A stretch of 61,736 bases of DNA, the filler included. It is 14 parts of 14 records of this genome, joined end to end, with 100 filler letters (N's around TTAATTAATTAA, not from the genome) between each part and the next. Parts side by side here need not be neighbours in the genome. Positions count along the whole stretch, not along the records: positions 22,766 to 29,095 come from SRR15195285_5341; positions 29,196 to 32,492 come from SRR15195285_5347; positions 32,593 to 36,649 come from SRR15195285_5348; 11 more parts are not named here. The stretch is one strand, 5' to 3'. Position numbers and translations under genes: made by a program. Numbering within the stretch: position 1 is the first letter of the stretch; each line of letters starts with the position of its first letter. A model generated the notes under the pieces. It saw only the letters and a list, made by a program, of their open reading frames with translations. It made no database searches and was not told the origin of the DNA. Positions 23,221 through 36,485 of this stretch are shown here, piece by piece.

Positions 23221-26200
23221 ATGAGCGAAGCGGATGCAGCTCCGGCGCCGACGACGGACGTCGCTGCCACGAAGGCGAAGACGAAGGGCGCGCTGCTCGG
23301 CGGCCTGCGGAGCGGGGCGCTGGAGGCGGCCGTGACGAAGATGGAGGAAGACACGGCGGCAGAGGAGGAGGCCGCTGCAGATGGAGCGCCTGCAACGCCG
23401 AAGAAGAAGAGCGCGCTGATGGAGCTCAGTGAGGAGGAGGAGGAAGAAGAGGAGATGGAGGGCGGGTGGGAGCCGCCGCCCACCTCGCTTTGGTGCTGCA
23501 CCGTCAACACTCCGCCGCGCAAGCGCAGCCTCAGCGCCATGCAGCACCCAGCGTTCGATGGCATCGTACTGCTGTGTATCGTGCTCAACTCGGTCGCGAT
23601 GGCCCTGGAGGACCCACTAGAAGATCCAGACAAACCGAGCGAGCTGACAAAGTCCCTGCACATGTTTGAGATGGTGTTCAACATCATCTTCACGATCGAA
23701 ATGGTGACCAAAATCATAGCGATGGGCTTCTGCACCAACAAGGGCACGTACCTGCGTTCTGGATGGAATGTCATGGACTTCATCATTGTCGTGACCTCGT
23801 GGCTGCCGTACATCCCCGGCGTGGGGTCCTTAGTCAACGCAAGCGGCCTGCGCTCCTTTCGACTGCTGCGACCGTTGCGATCGATCAGCCGGTTCCCCGG
23901 ACTAAAGGTGCTGGTCGAGACGATCCTGTCGGCAATTCCGCAGCTCGGGAACATCTTGCTACTGACGTCGATATACTTCATCACGTTCGGGATTGTCGGC
24001 GTGCAACTGTGGCGTGGCGCTTTCCATCACCGCTGTGGTTCCGTGGCGTTAGACGGCGAATACGTGGAGGCGGCAGAGGGATGGGATCACCACTCCAGGG
24101 CACGCCATGGCTACGAGCACCGCGACAGTGCAGTGCATGAGTGGAGCGACGGCCTGATGTGCAACTCCACGGTCCCTGTGATGGACCTCCCAGACGAATG
24201 CTTCCACATTGATTTGACCGATGAACGCCTGAACGGCGTCGGTGATGCTGGGTTTTGCAGAATGGACGTTGAGCTGATAAGAGCTGCCACGCCCGAAGTG
24301 CGCAAGCAGCTCCACATGGAGAGCGGATGTGATCCGGAAAGTGAGCGATGCATCATCTGCGAGATCAACCCGTACTGGGGTCTGATCAGCTTCGATAACA
24401 TCTTTTTCGCTTTCGTGATCATTTACCAGATCGTTACGATAACATCATGGCAGGAGTACATGTACTTTACACAAGACACCGGTGGCTTTTCCTGCTGGAT
24501 CTACTATGTCCTCTGCACGTTGATCGGTGCATATTTTCTCTTCAACCTGTTTGTCGCTGTTCTGAAAGAGAAGTTCGACGCGATCGCGGACGCGGAGGAG
24601 GATGATTCTCGATCCGATTCTGACGACGACGGGGAGGAAGAGATGCCAGAAGTGATAGTCGAATTTCTGGAAGCTCGGACTTACCGGTTGCAGTGCCCGC
24701 TGGAGGACATGCATGCACCGGAGACTTCTAAGGATTTGAAAACACGCCTTTCGCAGGACAAATACTTCGAAGACCACGTCACACATTTGACGCAGCGGGA
24801 TCGTGCAAATCCACTTGTGAACCCCGAAGACCCATGCGACCGAGTGCTGTGTTTCAAGGGCCACCCGATCGACGACGAGATGTCGCTGGTGGAAGCCGGC
24901 GTGGCTCCCGGTGACATGCTCCGCCTTGAGACTAGCGCTGTGCGACTGAATCTGAAGCTCCTGGTGCAGCACCCCGCTTTCATGAACTTTTTCACGGCAC
25001 TGATCATAGTCAACACCATCGTGCTGGCGTCTGAACGCTATCAAATGTCCGATGCGGAGATCGACTTTTTGGCGAGCGTCAACTACTTCTTGACGTTATC
25101 TTTCACATTTGAGGTGATGTTCAAACTCTTAGCATACACGCCGGGGGAGTTCGGTGGAGACACTTTTAACGTCTTCGACTTTTTCGTCGTCGCCGCTGGC
25201 TTGCTGGAGCTGCTGTCTGCAGACGACTCAGGCAGTGCGGCAGGCGCGTTCCGAGCGTTCCGTATCTTCCGATTGTTCCGCGTTCTTCGGGTCTTGCGGT
25301 TGATCAGCTTCTTGAAGCCACTCAAGAAGATTGGCCGAGTGGTTATGCGAACTCTCGGCCATCTCGGGTATATCATGGCATTGGTGCTGCTGTTCACGTA
25401 CATATTCACCATTTTGGGAATGCAGGCCTTCGGCGGCAAACTCGAGTTCGATGGCGAGGTGCCGCGGACGAATTTCAACAGCTTCTTGGACTCAATGTTC
25501 ACCGTTACACAGGTCCTAACGTTTGACGCGTGGAATGCGCCGCTATTTGACGCCGTGCGGGCGTACGGATGGGTGGCATCTGCGTATTTCTTCGTGTGGA
25601 TTTTGCTGGGAGCGTTCGTGCTGCTGAACTTATTGCTTGTTATCATTCTTGATTCGTACGTAGAAGTCGCGGAAGAAATGAAGGAAGAAGAAAAGCGCGC
25701 TTTGATCGGGCGTGGAGACGCTGTGAATCCAGGGGAAGCTACTGAAGAAAAGGCAGCCCCGACAGTCAGTGAAGATGTCCAGGATACGTTCTCAAATCCG
25801 ATGGCTGCCCACATGGGCGAAGACGACATTCGTGCGATCATTCAGGAAGTGGCAGAGGGCGAAGAATTCATGGACAGAGACCACGTAAAACAAGCCGCGA
25901 CCAGGTTAGGCATTGACCCTACCGATGACAAACTGCAAGCAATGCTTCTGGACGGTCCTGCGAGTACGAAAATCAATGTCGATGGCTTTGTTGACTGGGC
26001 GCTCTTGGAGATGCGCAAGCGACGTGGGCGAATGCGCAGCGACATGGAGGCAGTGGCTCAAGCTGGAATCGACCAGCTGGGCAACCTGTCTTCTCCTCGC
26101 ACACCAAGATCGCCAAAGGAGTGGAGCGAAGTCGACATTGCAGCTATCGACAACAAGTCTTGCGGCATCTTTGGGATGGACAACCCGTTGCGCAAAAAAT

Positions 26201-29047
26201 GCTTCACTTTGTCCCTCAGCAAAAAGATGGACCGTACCATATTGTTCGTCATTGTGCTGAACTGCTTCTGCATGGCTCTGGACAGTCCGTACGTGCAGCC
26301 AGGTTCCTCTCGTGCAATCTTCCTGAAGTGGATGGATATTTTCTTTACATTCATATTCGTTGGAGAAATGTTGATCAAAATCATCGCCACAGGGTTCCTT
26401 TGGAACGGGGAGCCCTCTTATCTACGCGATAGTTGGAATCGGCTAGATTTCATTATCGTTGTCATATCCTGTGTTGACTTCACTTTGACATACATTCTCG
26501 CAGTTGATGGCGACATCGGCATCATGAAGGTGTTCCGTGGTGTTCGTTGCGTTCGTCCTCTACGGATGCTCACGAAACTGCGCGGCCTACAGATGTTGGT
26601 CAACTCGCTCCTGGCCAGTATCACGTCCCTCGCGAACGTCTTCCTGATGACAATGATCGTCTGGTTGATTTTCGGTATCTTGGGCATCAACCTATTCTGC
26701 GGTCAATTTTGGCACTGCACAGACGGCGCCGCGTACGGCATTGAGGACTGCGTCGGTCCGTTCTTGAACGAGGATACTTTAGAGATCGAACAGCGGCGAT
26801 GGATCAATCAGGCGTCGAACTTTGACAACATTGGAGAGAGCATGTTTGCATTGTACGAGATCATGACCCTCGACGAATGGATCATGGTCGCCTACAATGG
26901 AATTGACGCGGTCGGCGTTGGGAAGCAACCCCAGTACAACTACCAGAAACTTATGGTGTTGTACTTCATCACCTTCCTTGTGGTCTGTAACTTTCTGTTC
27001 CTCAATTTGTTCATTGGCGTCATCTACGAAGAGTATGTTGCGCTCAAAACCGCTGGCTTACGGGGCCTGAAGCCTGGGCAAAAGGCTTGGTATAATGTGC
27101 AGATGGCAGTCAGCAACGCGAAGCCAACTGTGAGGGCCGTGTTAGCCAAGGGAGCCGCAACGGGTGGGTTCAAAGAAAAGGTGTACACATTGGTCACCAG
27201 CGCGCATTTCGACCACGCCATCATGTTGACTATTCTGGCAAACTGCATTGTCATGTCTATGTCGTACTACCAGGAGCCGGAGTGGTACACAGCACTGTGC
27301 GATGTACTCAACTACCTGTTTACATTCATCTTCACAGTGGAAATGTGCCTGAAGATTTACGCACTGAGCTTCGCGGGGTACTGGCTGGAACCGTGGAACC
27401 GTTTTGATTTCGTAATTGTGATGCTGTGTCTGGTGGACATTATTGTGTCAGATATCCTGCAACTCCAAAGCTTCTCGTCATCGGTCTTCCGTCTTTTCAG
27501 GATCGGGCGTGTCCTGGGACGAGTCGCGCGGATGTTCCGCGTAATCAAGGAGGTGCAGTCACTCAACCAGATCTTCCAAACTCTGGTCGAGTCGCTACCA
27601 GCCCTGTTCTACATGGGTATACTTGTGGTGCTGATCATTTTCATTTTTTCGATTCTTGGTATGCATCTCTTCGGCCGGCTGAAGTATGGGGACGTGATTG
27701 GACCCAACGCAAACTTCGAGTCGTAAGCTCGCATTCGAACATCCGTGTTGTTTCACCAGATGGCTGCTAAAAAATTCGGCGTTTTGCTGCGCATGCAACG
27801 CAGGGTTCCTGTCGGTATGTTGACACTGTTCGGATTTGCGACCGGGGACGCTGTGACACCACTTACTCACGACTGTATGGTTCAACCACCCGACTGCGAC
27901 CCTGGTGCGTGCTTCCAACACTCCGCGTCAGAATTTACACACTTTCTCTTACCTGCTCAGCGTGTGTCGTGCGCTAGACTACGACAACTATGGCAACAAG
28001 GTTGCGGGTGGCAACTGTGGCGACCCGTTAGCAGCTCAGCTTTTCTTTGTCTTCTACGCGCTGGTGATGCTATTTATTGTCATCGAGATGTTCGTCAATG
28101 TCATTATGGAAAAGTTCGAGGAGCAGGCGGAGCTGTCCCACCTGCCCATCACAACCAACGACATTATGGACTTCGCGGATGTCTGGTCAAGATTTGATCC
28201 GAAGGCGCACGGCCGCATCCCGGTAGAGCTAATGGCCATCCCACCGGATGATCCTCGGCTCGAGAAGACGCAGGACAATCTCGAAGGAGTAGTTGTGTAC
28301 CCTGGTGGGGAGCAAAAGTTCAAGAAGGGCTTTCTGGAGGAGCTGTCCGAACGCGTGCCGCTGCTCGGGGCCAACCCAGAATTCGAGGAGGAGCTATCTG
28401 AGAAGGTGAGTCCGCCAGGCGTTCGTCTGCTGCCCAACCACCGCTGCTGCGCACATTGCAGGATGTCGGACGCACCGCGCCTAGTGCTGAGTAGCTTCTT
28501 TTGGTTGGCCCAGTTGGGGACGAAGAAGCTGGAGTGTCCGGGTCCGACTCCTGAGGACAGACAGAATTGGTTGAAGGGGCTGCGCGTCCCGGCAGGCAGG
28601 AGCAGGACGGACAGACGCTACCTGAAGCCCTCACATATTGAGACGGCCAAGTCCATGGAGAGAGCTGACGATTACTTCACCTTCCATGAGGTGTTGTATG
28701 CGCTGTGCGAGAGGCGAGCGGGCCGGTCGATGCCGCCTGCTAATGAGGAGATCGATAATATACGGGTGCGTGCCGCCGCTGCTGCCGCCTCCACCGCCGT
28801 CGTCTCTGCGCAGCGCTCCACACGCCGTTGATGAATGGTGTATCCACAGCCCGTCACCATTACCGACGCGTGCACTAACCATTGCTACCGCACGTTTGTG
28901 CCGCAGATCAAGTTGAGTCTGATGATGCCAACGCTGCGGTTGGAGACGATCGACGAGATCACGAAGGACCAGAAGCGGCAGAAGGCTGAGAAGCGGGCCG
29001 CAATATTCGGGGCGATGCAGGGCGCCGCAGCTGGCAAGGACAGTTAA
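23221..29047 (+). CDS. Four-domain voltage-gated cation channel alpha subunit (Nav/Cav superfamily); exons 23221-27722, 27804-27904, 27978-28405, 28514-28765, 28907-29047
   Basis: Four S1-S6 repeats with Arg-rich S4 (LRSFRLLRPLRS; FRAFRIFRLFRVLRVLRL; FRGVRCVRPLRML; FRLFRIGRVLGRVARMFRV), YLR.xWN.xDF motifs, four P-loops and a C-terminal EF-hand-like WSRFDP. Four GT-AG introns restore the frame; a likely 5'-UTR intron lies at 23119-23176. Confidence 0.95.
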
Positions 29048-30375
29048 GATAATATATCATATGATAAAACGATTCAATCACGCGCAACACACATANNNNN
29101 NNNNNNNNNNNNNNNNNNNNNNNNNNNNNNNNNNNNNNNTTAATTAATTAANNNNNNNNNNNNNNNNNNNNNNNNNNNNNNNNNNNNNNNNNNNNACCAC
29201 CACCACCACCACCAGCAGCAGCAGCGGCGGCGGCGGCGGCAGGCTGGAGGACCATGGCCATGAGGCGCTCTTCGCGGAGCTGCAGGCTCGACCCCGCCCC
29301 GTCTCCCCCACGCTGCCGGTGGTGGACTTCGGCAAGAAGCAGCGGCGTAAGCAGAGCCCATAGGCAGACAGCGACGCGCAGACAGATACAGGTAGAGAGA
29401 TAGAGATAGAGCGAGCGAGAGGGTGTGTGCGTGTGGGAGAGACGGAGAGACAGAGAGGCAGTCAGTCTCCTGCAGACAGTGAGCGCAACGCAGAGAATAT
29501 TTCTCACCGCCGTTTGGACCAAAATCGCTTGGTGTTGCGGTTGCACAGCTCGCGGCGCAGACACGGCAGCGGCGGGGGCTCGGGGAGCAGCAGCAGCAGC
29601 AGGGGGGGCAGCGAGGTGCGCAGCGTCCTTTACCCTGTTCCTTCCGCTAGGTCAGGCACTGCGTTCTGTCTCTGCATTGATGGTTTGAGTTCCACGTCAG
29701 GCAGAACCGCAGTAGGCGTCACGCATGTCCCGCGGGACTGCGACACTGGGCCGCCGTGCCCTGCCCTGCTCTGCTCACACACGTTGCTGCGTGGGCAGGT
29801 CGCCGGCCGCCGCAAGCTGTCCAGTCGCTGGCACGGGCTCGTACGGCTCAGACGCCGACATCCTGGCGATGCTGCAGCCGCGCAGGCCCATCGCAGACGA
29901 CGCACCGGGTGGGGCGTTCTTCTCCGCGAAAGCGTTCGAGACGCACAGCATGTTTCACGGCGCGTCCGTTCGGCTCTTGCACGCAGCGCCGGACACCGCC
30001 AGCGCGGCGACACGCCCAAACGCGAGCTCAGAGCCTGCGCGATTCTTTTAAGGCGACTGGTGTGCTCAGTTTCCGACATCAGCTTGCCAGTCAGCTCGAT
30101 GCGTCGGCAAAACAGCGCTCACAGCGGTAAATTGAGCCACGCAAAGAGCCCAGTGTCGGCAGGGCTGCGCTTTGGGCGATGTACGAGTACTGCAGCGTAG
30201 CGGCGCCCTCCGCAGCGATGACTGCCTGATGCACAGACGTCCACCAAGCTCCAAGAATGCTCACCAACTGCCCTTCGGTCATAGCAGAGAGATACAATGC
30301 GTGCAATTCGAGGAAACTGGTTTGGATTTACGACATCGCTCGTGCTTCTGTCCGTGCGCCAGTCTGGACCGCGCT

Positions 30376-32492
30376 CTAGCTGATGGCTCGAGCAAGCTCT
30401 GCATGCAGTGCCTGCGCACAGCACCATAGCCACCAGCAGCGCGGTGCTGAGCACGAGTTGAGCATTACGGGGCCAGAAAGGGCCAGGGGTGGACGCAATC
30501 AGCTGCGCTGAATCGATAAGCATGACAGCGAGGCCAGAGGCGACAACAATGCGCTAAGGATGGAAGCGAACATACCGCAAGCTCCTCCTTCAGATCGGCC
30601 GTCTGCGAGAGACACGGTACGGATACGACCGCGCGCCATTAGCTGCTTAGTTTCGAGTGTGAACAACTGACACACGCGTCTACCGTGGAAATAAAAACAC
30701 ACCTCTTCCAGCTGTGCAGCCAGCTGTTTGCGTAGCGACAGGCGTGCCGCAACACCATCCCTGCAGCATGGCGGGTTACGAGTAAGCAACTGAGAGCACT
30801 CAACCTGCACACGCAAGCTGGCGGGCATGTACTCTAGAGCGAGAAGCAGACGGTCCTTACGCGCTCTCATGCACAAGGGCTGCCTCAGTCGATGCAACCG
30901 CGGCCGCAAGAGTACCAGCTTCCTCTGCACTGACCGTATCACTGTTACCTGGTGCCGTGGTCGACGATTCTGCCCCTGGCGCAACACGCTTCGTGTCTGC
31001 TGCTTCTTCTCTTGCCCATGCCTGCTGTAGCGCCTTCGCGAGGCTTGTCTGGGCAGCCACCGCCTTCGCTAGCTCCCGGCGCAACGCCTCAGCTTCCGCT
31101 ACCGCCTGTACCCCGGCGACTGCGTCGGCTGGCGCCTCTGACGCATCCACCATGTCCCTGCAAAATTTCAGAGCCGGCACAATTTCAGCGGCACAGAACC
31201 GCAGACGTCTATCAAAGACTGCCCTTTTGGGTAGGTCAGGTCACACAACAACTCCTAGCCGAACCCGTAAGTAGAGCAGGGATCAAGAAGAAATGTTGGG
31301 CATGACACACCAATCGGCCTCCTCTCCATCAGCAGTCGCCGACTCTGTCACCTTTGGAGCATCAAGATCCTCTGTTGAATTTGCCACGGCCTCCTCGAGC
31401 TGACGTGCTCGAGCGGCGTGCTTTGGCAGCATCGAATCCAAGGTCATTTGTTTCTGCTTGGGCTTCTTTGGCCTATCTTCCTCCTCCCCGGCCGCTGAGT
31501 CTTTGGCCTGTTGCGCCACCTGCACTCCAGCAGCTTGTTCAGATGTAATCTCCGACATACGCTGCTCAGCCTTCTCTTGTTCCTCCACAGCCATTTGCGC
31601 AGCCGCAGCCGCCACCGCTAAAACCTTCTCTTCTGCAGCATTCGCGTTTGCCTTGGCCGTCACCAACTGCTCAGTCAGTGTTGCTACCTGCCACGTTCAA
31701 ATATGCAACAACAGCATTTCAAGTACACAACGACAGCGAGTGAGAAACTCTCATGCGATACGTACTGTTCGATGAAGGTCGGCAAGCTCCACGTCGCACT
31801 CCTTCAGAGCTCCTTCGCTCGCCTTTTCCCTGCGAACCGAAGCATCGTCTCGGGTTTCGAAGCGCTTGCCCACACAAAAGGTCAGCAGAAATAGCACCCG
31901 GGCCGTGCGCTTACCGCTCCCACGATTCTTCTAGGCTACCTTGGAGCACGCGTGTCTGTTCCGATGCGCTGCTCTTGAGATCTGCTAGCTCCTGCTCGAG
32001 CTCCGTGTTTCCCCGAGTACTTTTCTCATACGCAGCCTCAAGACGTTTCACATCAGCCTGTAAGCTGGAAATCAGCGCTTCGTACGGTTCGGTCGCATTG
32101 ATCGGCGCGTCAGGTAGGTCCTGGTGCATCTCTTCAGACTCTTCTCCGCTGTCCTCTGCCTTCTGTCCACTCTGCCGGGCCTGTGGAGCTTCGGCATTGG
32201 CACCAGCAGTGCGTGCACGCTGAATCACTGCGATCTCTCGTGTGACGGACTCTAGCTTTGCCATCAAACCTTTCTCACGCGCTGCAGCCAGGTCGGCCTG
32301 TCCAGTCCAGCGGAAATGGAGTGGGTGCCAGAGGAAAGCCATGTAAGAAATAGATCGGCGACAATTCGGGGTGCGAGCGAGTGAGCAAGAAGAGCCCCGA
32401 ACAGCGGTTCGAGCGGGAAGGGCATTGAAGAACCACTCACCGCAGCAGAAGCCTCTGACTCCACCACACGTTGCTGCTCGCGCGCTGCGGCA
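30376..32492 (-). CDS. Multi-exon Ala/Glu-rich coiled-coil protein, 5'-partial
   Basis: Heptad-rich fragments (ORFs 31911-32342, 31283-31666, 30857-31180) are bounded by GTGAGT/GTAAGC/GTAAGG donors and CAG acceptors. Exact exon chain and stop are uncertain. Confidence 0.5.
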
Positions 32493-32679
32493 NNNNNNNN
32501 NNNNNNNNNNNNNNNNNNNNNNNNNNNNNNNNNNNNTTAATTAATTAANNNNNNNNNNNNNNNNNNNNNNNNNNNNNNNNNNNNNNNNNNNNTGTCTGTC
32601 TGTCTGTCTGTCTGTCTGTCTTGGTGTCTGCGTGTCTGTAATAGCTGGTCTGTCGTTCTGACTCGGTTGGGCCTCAGCA

Positions 32680-34077
32680 GGCGTCCGCCTTGCTGGGCGA
32701 CGAGGGGGTGGTGCGCGTCGCGAATGAGAGCGAGCCAACGCTGCTGCAGCTGGCTGCCATCAATGGGCGCGTGGCGGTGGCCGAGGAGCTTCTGACGAGG
32801 GGTGTGGCACGCGTGGATGCCGTGTGCCAAGCGAGGCGCCAAACAGCGGCGCACATTGCGGCCGAGTGGGGCTACTGCGAGCTCTTGGAGCTGCTCCAAC
32901 GTAGGATGACGGGCATTGACGTGTCGGACGGATTGGGCCATACGCCACTCATGGTAGCTGCCGCGAATGACGAGGTGAGACCAGTGGCACTGCTCGTGCG
33001 GGCGGGTGCCTGCCTGAGCCAGCAAGATGCACAAGGTTACCAAGCTCTGCACCTGGCTGCTCTGAACGGGCACCACGCCGTAATTGAGACGCTGTGCCAC
33101 TTCGGGGCGTCGCCACTCGCCACTGACAAAAAAGATCGCACAGCGTTGGACATCATCCAAAGGCAAGAGCGCTTCTATGCCGGGGAGCAGCTCAACCACC
33201 CGGCGCTGGAGCGGTATCGGCGCTGCACACAGGCCATCCACCGTGGAATCCAAAGTCACAATCGATTGGTGGAAAGATGTGGCAGCGTGCAAGCGTGGCA
33301 GCGCTTGTGCTGCTCCCAATTGCCGCGTCAGTTGTTGCCATCAGGAGCGTTGCTGAAGCGCATCGGCGAACATCTCGAGGCTCTACAACTAGACCTGTAA
33401 GTCATTTCGACTATCTTGTGTGTTGCGATGCGCTGCTATGCTCTTTCGGAATTTTCGCGGTCTCATTCCGAAGGCATGAAATGTGCCACAGAGTCCTGAG
33501 CGGCCGGATCATCCTGCCAGTGACGGCGCGTGTGGGTGACCTTGGAGAATTCTTCGGCGAGGCGAACAGAATGGCAACGTGCAGACGTCGCACGATGACG
33601 CGCCTGTTAGAAGACCTTGGCGACTCGGAGCTCTCTGCGGAGGAGGAAGAGAGACGCACTGCCACTCGCCGAGAGGATGCTGCGATCGAAGCGTCGCTGC
33701 GGGAACTCCACCCTGTTGTGAAGCCAGAAGCAGGTGTTCTAACATTGGAAGAGGAGGTAGAGGCAGAGTATCGGGCCCAACAAGCGCGACGGGAGCGCCG
33801 GCTGGCTCGTAAGCGTGCAGCTGAGAGAGCCTTCATCGTAACCTCCTCTGACTCGGAAGGGGAAGATGCTCCAGGCAGTACTGCGCAGGAAGATGCATTG
33901 GATCGAGCAGAGCGGTTGCTGCGTGAGGGTCGTCGACCGCAACGCTCTCGATCAGCGAGCGCAGCGACTCACAGCGAAGCGAGTTCGCAACGGAGGAAGA
34001 GTCCTCGCAAGCGACGGGCCGTGCCGCGTGCTCGGGCTTCTGTAATCCTTAGCAGTAGTGGCAGTGATGATGAATAA
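32680..34077 (+). CDS. Ankyrin-repeat protein, 5'-partial; intron 33397-33473
   Basis: Repeats TLLQLAAINGR, TAAHIAAEWG, GHTPLMVAAAN, GYQALHLAALNGH, DRTALDI. The GTAAGT..AAG intron joins a charged, disordered C-terminus. Confidence 0.8.
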
Positions 34078-34239
34078 GCTTGATCGGTCAACTCGTCATG
34101 AATGCATCCAACGCAAACGTCTATTCAGACGTGAACCTCTTCTGGAGAAAGCCCTCCTCGCTTTCCGTCGGATTACAAGCTACTGGCACTCAGATGTGAA
34201 GCTCGCCACCCGTCATGGTCGCATGCGATGGTGGCACGC

Positions 34240-36485
34240 CTAGCCCTTGGCCTTGCGCCTGATGTTGCACTGCATGTGCTGGCCAGGCGCCATTGACAGC
34301 GGCGCGTGATAAGTGCGTGTACTGCTGCTGCCCCCGCGGCTGTTGGGGCTGTTGATGGTACATCGATGCCACACTGCCCACTCCTGAGCCAGCCAATTCA
34401 GGCCCCTGCCTGCCTGGGCCCATCTGCTGCCTCGCCAGCTGCGCGTCAGAAATTCCTTGCTGCAAGGCCAGCACGACAGACGCGCACACGGAATACAGCT
34501 CGGTTGTGTTATGCTCACGTGACTCATCGGATATTCTAGTGATAGTGTACGACTAGTGTCCAAGTGTACGATCAAAGATTGTAGTGCGAAGAGTAACACA
34601 GCAGAGGTGAGGCTCGCATGCGGGTACCTGGTACGAAGCCATGCTGGGGCTCCGACTATGAGCAGACACGCTTGCTCCACCGGCGTGGATCGACCCAGCT
34701 CCAGCCAGAGCTCTCTGATGCCCGTAGCTGCCTGTAACCGAGCCGACACCAGGCCCTGCTGGACCTGCCATCTGCTCCCGAGCTGCCTGCGCGTCAAGTA
34801 TTCCCTGCAACCAGATACGCATGTGCAAGAGCAGCAAAAAGGAGTTAGTCATAGGTCCTGCCGACACATACGTACTTGCAACCTACAATCCAACGCTCGT
34901 CACAACACCTGACGGCGTACACATCAACAAGACAAGCAATACCTGATGAAAGTCTTCATTGTCGCCCCCATCCATCGAAGCTAAGTCACCACCTAGGCGT
35001 CCCGTGTTGCTCGCCTGCAATGTGGAGCAAACAACGCCCTCAGATGCCTAGACTTGGCCCTGAACGAACACAGAAGTGCATCATGGGGCACACCATTTGC
35101 GCCAAATGCTCAGCGGACGAATTCTCGGTTTTCCACATCGGCTCTAGACTCTCCCACATTCCTGCAACGCCAGGTCGCGGCATTTCACAATACGATTCAA
35201 AGGCTGTGGGGACGCATTGTCGAATCGTACCCTGTAGCCCAATACCCGCGCTTGCCTCCTGTGGCGGTGCCATCAGTTTGACAACATCGCCGTTGTTTGC
35301 CACGATCGTGATTTGGTGGATCTGTCACACCGCAGCATCCCCAGAGCTATAAAAGGATACTCCTGACAGCACCCACGCATCGCGGGCAAGGAGTGTGCTT
35401 CCTCTCACATTAAAGGACGCAAACGACTCTGCTAACATCGTCTTTCGCGGCCGCGCTGACTGCTCGTTGTCATAAAACTCGAGGTCGCCCGTCTCGCCGT
35501 TCACCTGTTCGATGCCAGCCAGAGCGCACTTCTGATCAGACAAGGTTGCTGTATGTAGCGTTCGGGTGCACACGGGTGAATGTCATGGAGTGCTGTGGTC
35601 CTAAAGGAGCGTACTTTGAGGTAGCGCTCCTTCGAAACGTTCGAGCGGCGGCTTGTTTTCCGCACCCAGCCCTCGAAGGCCAAATTTTCCGTGGCCTGCC
35701 GCACAAAAAAATCATCACTGTCGTCAGGCCACGAACAGTCGCGCATCCCGTGCCGAGGCATTTGGGGGAGTTCTCACCTCCATCTTCCTGACGAGATCGA
35801 GCGCGATGGATAGTCGCAGCACGTCCTTGTTGACACCTTCGTCGTCGATCACCCCATCGCCGTCCTTGTCTTCTGCTCGGTGGTCCTTGTTCGGCCGGTA
35901 CATGACCTCACCCTCGCCGAGGCGCCCGATCGACATGCGCTCGCGCCCGGTCGGTCCGATGGAGTGCAGGACAAACTTGCTCACGACCTTGGGCAGCTCG
36001 TGATGAACGCTCATGAAGTTATGCATGGCGTGGAACATAGCGTGCGTCTTGTCCATATGGTCTGCACCCACGTCCTTCTTCTTCGTCACGAACAGCTGGA
36101 ATGTCTCGATCGGCGTGCTGATCGTTGCTGCGCTCCAGCGAATCGTCCGAACGTCTGTTCCCATCGGCACGCGCCAGCACGTCAGAAATACGGCCAGCTT
36201 TGCGCGTGCGCTGCGGGCGGAACGCGCCGTGCAGAGTAGGCGATGGGCAGCACGGAGAGGCATTTTGTCCCAGCCAACTGTCGCAGACGCACCGCGGAGC
36301 AGAATCGGCTTTCTCGACTTGGAGGTATTCTGCGAGCGCTCGCTATCGAAGAAGCTGAGCGCGCCGGTCTGCAGCCTCATGTAGTAGGTCTTGGCAGAGT
36401 TACGCTGCCCCGAGCCTCGCCGGGCCACGCTGATGTAGCCCTCCCACCGCGTCTGCGTGGTGACCTCGTCCCTCGCCTTCGCATC
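34240..36485 (-). CDS. Multi-exon protein with two PH domains, 5'-partial; 3' end uncertain
   Basis: WEGYISVARR...KTYYMRLQTGALSFFDSE...KPILLRGA and FEGWVRKTSRR...KERYLK|VNGETGDLEFYDNE match PH beta1-beta4 patterns, separated by GT-AG introns. Confidence 0.6.

Noticed and set aside
22956-23984. Long antisense and alternate-frame ORFs over real genes (e.g. 22956-23984, 25083-25841, 57743-58432)
   Set aside because: Expected shadows of GC-rich codon-biased genes; no independent motifs.
10736-29047. Apparent cluster of myosin, OSCA channel and voltage-gated channel as a mechanosensory locus
   Set aside because: The genes are on different contigs separated by linkers, so adjacency is uninformative.
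29196-30051. Possible spliced plus-strand gene fragment ending in ...SEPARFF*
   Set aside because: Splice-like signals are present but I could not build a phase-consistent stop-free chain or recognise a domain.
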